Positions 22,082 to 29,859 of a stretch of DNA of 64,000 bases are shown here, in pieces. Each line of letters begins with the position of its first letter. The stretch's first letter is position 1. The stretch spans positions 640,001 through 704,000 of the forward strand of contig JAKFCY010000002.1 in NCBI GenBank assembly GCA_036676395.1. Reading direction: 5' to 3'. The DNA comes from Bdellovibrio sp. GTDB taxonomy: Bacteria > Bdellovibrionota > Bdellovibrionia > Bdellovibrionales > Bdellovibrionaceae. The position numbers and the translations under genes are program-made. Below the pieces are notes generated by a model that searched no databases, was not told the origin of the DNA, and saw only the letters and a list, made by a program, of their open reading frames with translations.

Positions 22082-22738
22082 ATGAAAAAGTTCAGCCTAA
22101 CTTTAGTTTTGATCTCGTTGTTCGCTTTTTCTTTACTGGGGCAAGTTATAGAAGGGCATTCGGCCTACAACGAAGAAAGAGTCAGCGAAAACAAGCTGCC
22201 TGCAGTTCAAATATCTGAGTACCTTAAAACAGGCCACTTTATCAGTGCGCTTTCTGAAAATATGGAATCTGAGTTTTTGCAAATGGCACTTTTTGTGGTT
22301 TTAACAGTTAATCTTTATCAAATCGGCTCTTCAGAATCGAATAAACTACCTTACCAAAAAACCAAAGATGATTTAAATACTGAAGCCGATGAAGAACTGT
22401 ATTCTAGCGAACAAAAAAAGAAATATCCATTTTGGTGGCCAATATATGAAAGGTCACTGACTATTGCGCTTTTTTTAATTTTTGTCGGCTTTTTTCTAGT
22501 TCACGCTTACGGAAGTTTACTTTTAGTTAATGAAGAGCATTTGCGGTTAGATAAACCTTTACTTACCTTTTGGCAAATATTCAGCGAAAGCGAATTTTGG
22601 TTTGAATCTTTTCAAAACTGGCAAAGTGAATTTTTTTCGGTAGCGATGCTTTGCCTCTTAAGTATTTTCTTACGTCAAAAAGGTTCGGCACAGTCAAAAA
22701 AACTGCACCGATCGGTTTCTTACACTGGTGGTCACTAA
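22082..22738 (+). CDS. DUF6766-type membrane protein (internal duplication)
   Basis: ENMESEFLQMA...LYQIGSSES and FWFESFQNWQSEF...LRQKGSAQSK repeats; start likely MKKFSL. Confidence 0.8.
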   Translation: MKKFSLTLVLISLFAFSLLGQVIEGHSAYNEERVSENKLPAVQISEYLKTGHFISALSENMESEFLQMALFVVLTVNLYQIGSSESNKLPYQKTKDDLNTEADEELYSSEQKKKYPFWWPIYERSLTIALFLIFVGFFLVHAYGSLLLVNEEHLRLDKPLLTFWQIFSESEFWFESFQNWQSEFFSVAMLCLLSIFLRQKGSAQSKKLHRSVSYTGGH

Positions 22739-25125
22739 TTATTTATTGCGGAGGGCAAGTTTGCGTCATGGTTCACCTTGTGGTGAAAAACCATTTCGTC
22801 TGTCCAATCGGATAAGTCTATCCCTAAAGCAATCGTTAATACTTCGTTAATATGTTGTACCGTATGAATTTTCATCTGTGAACGAACCTCTTCAGGCACT
22901 TCAATTAAATCTTTTTCATTACGTTCTGACATAATCACTTCGTTAATTCCGGCGCGGTGTGCGGCAATGATTTTTTCTTTAATACCACCCACCGGTAAAA
23001 CTTTTCCGCGCAAGCTGATTTCTCCGGTCATGGCTAATTTTGGATTTACCACACGACGAGAAATAAGGGAGGCCAGCGATGTTAAAAGCGTAATCCCTGC
23101 GGATGGCCCATCTTTTGGAATCCCTCCAGAAGGCACATGTAAGTGGATATCAAATTTACTAAAATCAAAGGTAGGAGCCAAAGTTTGCAATCTGGCTTTA
23201 ATTAATGATTTCGCAATTTGTGCAGATTCTTTCATAACGTCACCTAATTGGCCAGTCACGATCAATTCGCCTTTACCAGGCACGAGGGCGGTTTCGATAA
23301 ATAAGATATCACCGCCGACCGGCGTCCAAGCAAGGCCTGTGACCACACCTGCAGATGCGACAACATCTGCAACTTCGCTTTGGTAACGTTCTGGCCCTAG
23401 AATTTCTTCTAGTTTTGCCAGCTCGACTAAAATTTTTGTCTCGCCACGCAGAATTTTTTCGCTGGCGAATCTGGCCATTTCAGCAATTTTACGTTGCAGC
23501 TCACGCACCCCGGCTTCACGAGTGTAATGCGAGATGGTTTTAAACAGAGCTTCGTCACTGATTTCGATTTGTTCAGCGGTGAGGCCATGTTCTTTGATCT
23601 GTTTCGGAATCAGATGCGTTTTTGCAATATGAAATTTTTCTGCAATCGTGTACCCCGATAAATCAATCACTTCCATACGATCAAGCAAGGGCAGTGGAAT
23701 ACCTTCAAGGCTATTTGCCGTGGCAATAAAAAAGATATTCGACAAATCAAAAGCCGTATCAAGGTAGTGATCAGTGAACGTTGTATTTTGTTCTGGATCT
23801 AACACTTCAAGCATGGCTGAAGCGGGGTCTCCAGAAAAGCTGCGCGACATTTTATCGATTTCATCTAATACAAAGACAGCGTCGTTTTCTCCGGCCTTTT
23901 TAACAGCCGAAATAATTCGCCCCGGTAAAGAACCAATGTAGGTTCGTCTGTGTCCGCGAATTTCAGATTCATCCCGAACCCCACCCAGACTGATACGTTG
24001 ATATTTTTTTCCTAAGGCGCGCGCAATACTTTGGCCAAGCGAGGTTTTACCCACTCCGGGAGGGCCGATAAATAATAAAATAGAGCCGCGTTTTTCTTTT
24101 TTAAGTTTTAGTACAGCCAAATGCTGCAAAATTCTTTTTTTAATTTTGTTTAAACCATAGTGATCTGCATGCAGAATGTTTTCGGCATCATCTAAGTTAA
24201 AATCTTTTTGATTCGAAGACTTTTTCCATGGCAAAGCCACCATCAAATCTAAATGTGATCTAATCATTTGATGCTCTGGCGATTGCTGGTTCGTAGACTC
24301 AAGCTTTTTAAGTTGTTGCAGAGCCAAATCATTGGCTTCTTGAGGCATATGAGCTGATTTGATTTTTTTACTATAATCATCCAGATTAGAAGTTTCTTCG
24401 CCTTCGCCGAGTTCTTCTTTAATGGTTTTTAACTGCTCACGCAAAATATGTTCGCGTTGCGTTTGTCCAAGTTTTGTTCCCAATTTTTGACGAATATCCT
24501 GACGAACTTGCAGATTATCTTTTTGCTGATTCATCAGGTTTAATAAATGCATAATACGTTCTTTGATCGACGTCATTTCTAAAAGATGCTGTCTTTCTTC
24601 GATAGTAATTTCGATATTAGCTGCGGCTAAATAAGATAATAAGCCCACATCTTCAATAGCTAAAACTAATTCCTGAGCTTGTTCCGTGTTGCCCGGAATT
24701 AATTGTAAAACTTCAATGCTGATCTGTCTTAAACTGTTTAACAAAGCACCTTCAGTAGCGGGGTCGACATCTAAATGATCATCGACGCGCTCAGTGTGGG
24801 CTTCGTAAATTTCGGTATCGGTTTTAAAAGAAGTGACTTTCATGCGATGGTAACCACGCAAGGTCACGAAGTAACCTTGTTCGTGGGTTCCCTTAATCGC
24901 TTCGATTTTGCTTAATGTTCCCCAATGAAATAAATCATCAGTGCTTTCAATTGATTTGTCAGGATGTCGCTGCGCAAGCGTGATAATCCAATTATCTTTA
25001 AGCATGGCTGCATCAACAGCTTTTAAACTGCGGTCGCGCCCTACGCGTAATGTTTGTGTGATACCGGGATAGAGCACTGTGTTTTTAAGTGGTAAAACGG
25101 GGATGGCTCCTATTGGCATTGACAT
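22735..25125 (-). CDS. lon: ATP-dependent Lon protease
   Basis: LON N domain, GPPGVGKTS, GHRRTYIG, PKDGPSAG, GGIKEK; AGGAG RBS supports ATG 25125. Confidence 0.97.
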   Translation of the reverse strand: MSMPIGAIPVLPLKNTVLYPGITQTLRVGRDRSLKAVDAAMLKDNWIITLAQRHPDKSIESTDDLFHWGTLSKIEAIKGTHEQGYFVTLRGYHRMKVTSFKTDTEIYEAHTERVDDHLDVDPATEGALLNSLRQISIEVLQLIPGNTEQAQELVLAIEDVGLLSYLAAANIEITIEERQHLLEMTSIKERIMHLLNLMNQQKDNLQVRQDIRQKLGTKLGQTQREHILREQLKTIKEELGEGEETSNLDDYSKKIKSAHMPQEANDLALQQLKKLESTNQQSPEHQMIRSHLDLMVALPWKKSSNQKDFNLDDAENILHADHYGLNKIKKRILQHLAVLKLKKEKRGSILLFIGPPGVGKTSLGQSIARALGKKYQRISLGGVRDESEIRGHRRTYIGSLPGRIISAVKKAGENDAVFVLDEIDKMSRSFSGDPASAMLEVLDPEQNTTFTDHYLDTAFDLSNIFFIATANSLEGIPLPLLDRMEVIDLSGYTIAEKFHIAKTHLIPKQIKEHGLTAEQIEISDEALFKTISHYTREAGVRELQRKIAEMARFASEKILRGETKILVELAKLEEILGPERYQSEVADVVASAGVVTGLAWTPVGGDILFIETALVPGKGELIVTGQLGDVMKESAQIAKSLIKARLQTLAPTFDFSKFDIHLHVPSGGIPKDGPSAGITLLTSLASLISRRVVNPKLAMTGEISLRGKVLPVGGIKEKIIAAHRAGINEVIMSERNEKDLIEVPEEVRSQMKIHTVQHINEVLTIALGIDLSDWTDEMVFHHKVNHDANLPSAINN

Positions 25126-25152
25126 ATTTGTCTCCTGACCATTTATGGTCAT

Positions 25153-25183
25153 AAAAAAACAAGGGGCACGGTTCGGCCCCTTG
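25153..25183 (-). terminator. Intrinsic terminator-like hairpin between hsp20 and lon
   Basis: Minus strand CAAGGGGC-CGAACCGT-GCCCCTTG-T7. Confidence 0.8.
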
Positions 25184-25287
25184 TATGCCTCAGATAGTTC
25201 TCTCGAAACTATTTATTTAACTGGGGCAGCGGTCTAACGTCCGTGTCGACGTCTGCGTGTGAAGTCCGCTTGTTAAGGCACAGAACG

Positions 25288-25824
25288 TTAAGTCTTATAA
25301 TTTTCTTTAGCAGGCGCTTCCTTATTTGAAGTTTGTTCCTGTTTTTTTGTTCCTAAAAGTTTATCGAAGATGCCGCCTTTACCAGATTGAATTTCAATCT
25401 TTCTGGCTTGGGCCACTTCGGTTTTTGGTAAATATAATTCAAGTACGCCATCTTCATAACGTGCTTCAACCTTTTCCGCATCGATCGTGTTAGGTAATAC
25501 GAAACTTCGCTTAAACGTACCGTATGTTTTTTCATAACGATGAACTTGGTTAGTTTCATTATGTTTTACATTTTTACGTTCACCCGAAATAGCTAAAGTA
25601 CCATCAGCAACTTCGATTTTAATATCTTCTTTTTTCATACCGGGTAAATCAATACTTAGTAAATAGTGATTTTCTTCTTCCATTAATTCAGACGCCGGAG
25701 AAAATTCGCGTTCATCATAAACGGGCTGACCCGGGGGAGTAAAATGATCAAACATCCTATCCATCTCTCTCAATAAATCGGATGTTAGATTCCTACTCGT
25801 AAAAAACGGAGTTAGTGTTCTCAT
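25288..25824 (-). CDS. Hsp20/alpha-crystallin small heat shock protein
   Basis: DLPGMKKEDIKI, L.ISGER, YGTFKRSF.LP, A.YEDGVLEL.LPK. Confidence 0.95.
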   Translation of the reverse strand: MRTLTPFFTSRNLTSDLLREMDRMFDHFTPPGQPVYDEREFSPASELMEEENHYLLSIDLPGMKKEDIKIEVADGTLAISGERKNVKHNETNQVHRYEKTYGTFKRSFVLPNTIDAEKVEARYEDGVLELYLPKTEVAQARKIEIQSGKGGIFDKLLGTKKQEQTSNKEAPAKENYKT

Positions 25825-26081
25825 ATATTTTTCCTCCTTTTAAGGTTAGAACATTTCTCTTTCTTAATTAAAAGTTGTAGCCGTGTAGATTTATGTCAAG
25901 GCGACCAAATCGTTAGATTGAAGTAATAGTTATGTCGCAAACAATAATTTATTATTGATAATATTTCTGTAAATGCGCCTTGACGGAAACATAATACGAC
26001 TCATTTCAGCAAAAACAGTTTAACTTTTTGACAGTACCAACAAGATTAAAGTCTAGGTAATTGTTGCCCGATCATTTGGGT

Positions 26082-26852
26082 ATGAAACAACATACAACAG
26101 CAATTTTATTCGCAGTAACATTAACGACATTATTAACTTTCAGCATGAATACAGCCAATGCAATGGGTCGCGGAAAACCAGTTGAGCAAGAACCAAAGCC
26201 AACACCTAAACCGCCAGTAGTCACTCCGGCGCCGACGCCGAAGCCACCAACTCCAGTTCCAGCTCCGCCACCAAAACCACCAACACCAGCACCTGGTGCT
26301 GATACTTCTGATGCAGTTCCGATGTGGGAAGCCAAAGTTTCTGGAAGCCGTGATTGGTCTAATCATTTATATTCAGAACTTGATCGTTTAGGTCAGGATT
26401 TATTAGATGTGATTCCTGCCGATGCCGCGACGTTTTGCCCGAATTATAAAAATCTAACTTATAACGAGCGTAAAAAATATTGGATCTATATGATTTCTGC
26501 GATGACAAGATTTGAAAGTTCTTTCAAAACAGATACAACGTATACAGAAGATTTCACAGATAGCTCTGGAAAAAAAGTCGTCAGCCGCGGTTTATTACAA
26601 ATCTCGATTGAAAGTGCCAATGGTTATGATTGTGAACTAAGTAATGCGCAAGACTTACATAATCCACTTAAGAATTTAAGTTGTGGTGTAAGAATTCTTG
26701 ATCGTTGGGTAGGCCGTGATGGTCGTATTGCTGGTAAAGTTGATTCTAAATGGCGCGGTGGTGCAAGATACTGGGCTGTAATGCGCGAAGGTGACAAGAC
26801 ATCTTATAAAACGATCTTAAGCTCGAGCAAAAATTTAAAAATGTGTAAGTAG
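26082..26852 (+). CDS. Secreted lytic transglycosylase (SLT-like) with Pro/Thr-rich linker
   Basis: Signal peptide, PKPTP linker, M.RFESSF (catalytic Glu), SRGLLQIS, N..CGVRIL. Confidence 0.85.
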   Translation: MKQHTTAILFAVTLTTLLTFSMNTANAMGRGKPVEQEPKPTPKPPVVTPAPTPKPPTPVPAPPPKPPTPAPGADTSDAVPMWEAKVSGSRDWSNHLYSELDRLGQDLLDVIPADAATFCPNYKNLTYNERKKYWIYMISAMTRFESSFKTDTTYTEDFTDSSGKKVVSRGLLQISIESANGYDCELSNAQDLHNPLKNLSCGVRILDRWVGRDGRIAGKVDSKWRGGARYWAVMREGDKTSYKTILSSSKNLKMCK

Positions 26853-26944
26853 TTCTTTCAGCTAGATTGGCTTAATCTGAGACAGTGATAAGCCAATCTA
26901 AAAAATTATTTTAATTTCACAGCCAATCATTCCGAAATATAATC

Positions 26945-27703
26945 ATGGTTGAATCAGCTGTAGAAGATAAAAAAATATTTCTTGTCGTTACTGAAGATAA
27001 AGCAAAAATGCAATCTATCTCGGCAGTGATCCGTTCGCATACGAATAAGGCCGCAATTTTTGAGGCCAGCGAGTTGCATGCAGCTCTGTTTAAATTTCGT
27101 AATGCGGTTCCGCATGTGATTGTTCTAGATTTAGAGGTTTCTAAGTTTTCAACTATTCAGCTAGTGAGTGATCTTTTAAAAGGTGAACACAATCAATTTT
27201 CAGTGATTTTTACCAGTGAAATTCCGGAAAATGAGTTGTTCATTGATCAAGTGATCACTGGGCAAGTTCAGTTTTTAACTGACTACACTGATAAGGCTTG
27301 CTTTAGCCAATGTCTAACAAAAGCACTTAAACGTTTGCAGCAAGAAAAGAAATCTGAATTTATCTTGCGTCAGCTAGTGTCTGGTGAGCTGCTCTTTGAA
27401 GAGGGGCATCCGGGTGACAGTATATTTTTGGTTAAAAGCGGTGAACTTGTTGCCTGGAAACTGAAAAATGGTCAGCGTGTGGATTTAGGAACTATCGGTC
27501 CTGGTGAGTTTGTTGGTGAGATGGCGCATCTTAATCAAGAGCCGCGTTCGGCAACTGTTTCTGCCAGTCAAGCCAGTGAGCTTATCGAAATACCATTTGG
27601 CAGTCTGGATATGATTTTATTTTCGAAACCCTCGTGGTCGAAAGCCCTCTTTATGACGTTGTCAAAACGCCTTAAAATCACTAATGCAAAGCTATCAGCT
27701 TAA
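26945..27703 (+). CDS. Receiver-like plus cyclic-nucleotide-binding domain protein
   Basis: N-terminal degenerate receiver (PHVIVLDL); C-terminal LFEEG..GD..FLVKSG...GEFVGEMA...PRSATV. Confidence 0.85.
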   Translation: MVESAVEDKKIFLVVTEDKAKMQSISAVIRSHTNKAAIFEASELHAALFKFRNAVPHVIVLDLEVSKFSTIQLVSDLLKGEHNQFSVIFTSEIPENELFIDQVITGQVQFLTDYTDKACFSQCLTKALKRLQQEKKSEFILRQLVSGELLFEEGHPGDSIFLVKSGELVAWKLKNGQRVDLGTIGPGEFVGEMAHLNQEPRSATVSASQASELIEIPFGSLDMILFSKPSWSKALFMTLSKRLKITNAKLSA

Positions 27704-27743
27704 CACTAGATACGTTAGTAAACCTGTGTTACACTAATTCTGT

Positions 27744-28046
27744 ATGAAGAAGTGCATTTTTAGTCTATTAACAATAGTTGCAATCTCGTTATTAGTTTCA
27801 ATAACCCAGGCGGCGCAATGCACTCTGGTGGGTGGTACTGATTTTTCGCTTTGCACAGCGATTAGTAAAAACAACTGTGGTTTAGCGGCGAAGGGCGAAT
27901 TTATGAAATGCAAAGCCGTAACTGCAAAAAACTGCGGTTTAGCCGGTCAGGATTATTTCTTAACTTGTAAAGCGATGCTTGATCGTAATTGTGGTTTGGT
28001 TAAAGAACCTGGCTTCAGTCTTTGTTCAGCTGTAACCAAAGAGTAA
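27744..28046 (+). CDS. Small secreted Cys-rich protein with four 19-aa repeats
   Basis: Signal peptide followed by 4x C-x-L-x5-F-x2-C-x-A-x4-N. Confidence 0.75.
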   Translation: MKKCIFSLLTIVAISLLVSITQAAQCTLVGGTDFSLCTAISKNNCGLAAKGEFMKCKAVTAKNCGLAGQDYFLTCKAMLDRNCGLVKEPGFSLCSAVTKE

Positions 28047-28052
28047 TTATTC

Positions 28053-28760
28053 GTGGCTAAAAAAATCCCCAGTAAATATCAACCAAAAGGGTTTCGCATC
28101 CTTCATGAAGACCGTGACGTGATTGTCGGTAATAAATCACCCGGCATTCTTACGGTGGGCGCTCTGTGGGAACAAGAAAACACTATTCATAACATTTTGA
28201 ATCAGTATATTCGTAAGGGTAATTCCAGATCACGTGCCTGTGTGTTCGTTGTTCATCGTTTAGATCAGGCTACCTCTGGTGCTTTGATCTTTGCTAAGAC
28301 CGAAGAAGTGCAGCAGTATTTAAAGAATAACTGGAAATCGACAGTTAAAACTTATTTTGCCATTGTGCACGGGCTGTTAACGAAGAAATCCGGCACTATC
28401 GAAAGTTACCTATCAGAAGATGAAGATTATCATGTGCATTCAAGCCAGGATGCAGGTTCAGGAAAGCTTGCACAAACGCAGTACGAAGTCTTAACTGAAG
28501 TGGCAGGATTTAGTTTAGTTAAAATTAATTTATTAACCGGTAAAAAAAATCAGATTCGCGTGCATATGGCTGAACTTGGTCACCCAGTGGTGGGTGACGG
28601 TAAATATGGTAAAGCCAATACAAAATTTAAAAACTTAGCCTTGCATTCGGCAAGTCTTGAATTTACCCATCCTTTTACTCAGAAAAGAATTTTAATTAAA
28701 GCCAGTGTGCCCGCATATTTTCACGATCTGATCCCTTTCGACTATAATAATATCAATTAG
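28053..28760 (+). CDS. RluA family pseudouridine synthase
   Basis: NKSPG, VHRLD.ATSG, TGKKNQIRVH, GHPVVGD.KYG, LHS. Confidence 0.95.
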   Translation: MAKKIPSKYQPKGFRILHEDRDVIVGNKSPGILTVGALWEQENTIHNILNQYIRKGNSRSRACVFVVHRLDQATSGALIFAKTEEVQQYLKNNWKSTVKTYFAIVHGLLTKKSGTIESYLSEDEDYHVHSSQDAGSGKLAQTQYEVLTEVAGFSLVKINLLTGKKNQIRVHMAELGHPVVGDGKYGKANTKFKNLALHSASLEFTHPFTQKRILIKASVPAYFHDLIPFDYNNIN

Positions 28761-28882
28761 TTTTCAAGAAGGTGAGCCTACAAACTTAATATCAGTTCGT
28801 TTGCATTTTCACTGCGTTTGCAAATTTAAAAATAAAACGGCAAAGATTTGTTTTTTATTTGGTCTGGCACTAACCATAGGGC

Positions 28883-29509
28883 ATGAAAAAAACAGGAAAA
28901 ACCGCTCGCTTTAAATTACAACGTCGTCTTTTAACAGAACTTCCAGGTTTAGGAAAAGCCGGAGCGCTTGAACGTCGCCCATACCCACCAGGCCAACACG
29001 GTGGTAAACGTATTAAATATTCAGATTACCGTTTACAATTAGAAGAAAAACAAAAAGTTCGTGTGCATTATGGCATCCGCGAAGAACAATTGATCCGTTT
29101 AGTTCAATTAGCTAAAAAGAACAAATCCGGCGGCAAGTGGATCAATTCTTTAATTAACATTTTAGAAAAACGTATTGATAATATCGTATTTCGTGCTGGT
29201 TTTGTGCCAAGCATGCGTGCAGCTTCGCAAATGATTTCTCATGGCCAAGTTTTAGTGAATAACAAAAAAGTTACTATTCGTTCGCAAAAACTTAAAGTAG
29301 GCGATGTGGTTTCAATCACTGCAAAAGGCTTAACTAACCAAATCTTTTTACATTCAAAACAAAGTCCACGTTTAACTTTACCAGACTGGTTAGATAAAGA
29401 TGTTTCTGACACTAAAGCCGCAGTGACGTTGAAAGATGAACCAAATTTAGGTTCTGTGCCATTTGCATTAGACGAAGCATTAGTCACATCGTACTACTCA
29501 AAGGCGTAA
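28883..29509 (+). CDS. rpsD: 30S ribosomal protein S4 (stand-alone copy)
   Basis: PYPPGQHG, SDY..QLEEKQK, LEKRIDN.VFRAGF, ASQ.ISHG.VLVN, ends YYSK. Confidence 0.95.
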   Translation: MKKTGKTARFKLQRRLLTELPGLGKAGALERRPYPPGQHGGKRIKYSDYRLQLEEKQKVRVHYGIREEQLIRLVQLAKKNKSGGKWINSLINILEKRIDNIVFRAGFVPSMRAASQMISHGQVLVNNKKVTIRSQKLKVGDVVSITAKGLTNQIFLHSKQSPRLTLPDWLDKDVSDTKAAVTLKDEPNLGSVPFALDEALVTSYYSKA

Positions 29510-29514
29510 TTTTT

Positions 29515-29736
29515 ATGGCGACAAAATTAAATGATGGCGATTTAAATTGTTATGCGATTGATGATGACACGGCCGTGATTTCAGTTAAAGAACAAAAGTT
29601 TGTTGTTGATTATTCGACACTGATGGATTTTTTAACTGAACTTGCCGTTGTGGCCGCGCAAGTTGAAAATGCAACGATGAATGCAACTGCAGAACAAGAG
29701 CAATTAGAAACTTGTGCTTGTGTAAGATTGCATTAA
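29515..29736 (+). CDS. Small acidic hypothetical protein
   Basis: Starts 5 nt after rpsD on the same strand; 73 aa. Confidence 0.55.
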   Translation: MATKLNDGDLNCYAIDDDTAVISVKEQKFVVDYSTLMDFLTELAVVAAQVENATMNATAEQEQLETCACVRLH

Positions 29737-29825
29737 TTGCGTTTCATATTGAGACTTTTTTAATGAGTTCTTAACAACTGACACAAATATATTCTAAGGT
29801 GTTTGCTAAGTTGGGTTTTAGACCT

Positions 29826-29852
29826 CTAGTAGGTGTATGAAAATGCCGAAAA
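29826..29852 (+). promoter_or_regulatory. Putative sigma28/FliA promoter of fibre adhesin 2
   Basis: CTAG-N15-GCCGAAAA, ending 7 nt before GTG 29860. Confidence 0.55.
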
Positions 29853-29859
29853 ATAGAGG

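Noticed and set aside
25231..25279. attC-like ends (CTTAAC...GTTAGAC on the minus strand) in the hsp20-lon spacer
   Set aside because: Too short for a typical attC, no clear L boxes, single copy, and no integron integrase in the window.
25825..26040. CIRCE or sigma32 element upstream of hsp20
   Set aside because: No TTAGCACTC-N9-GAGTGCTAA or CCCCAT -10 found; only a lone TTGACA.
29741..29755. Imperfect palindrome GTTTCA-TAT-TGAGAC upstream of fibre 2
   Set aside because: Only one good copy seen in the window; it cannot be separated from chance without genome-wide counts.
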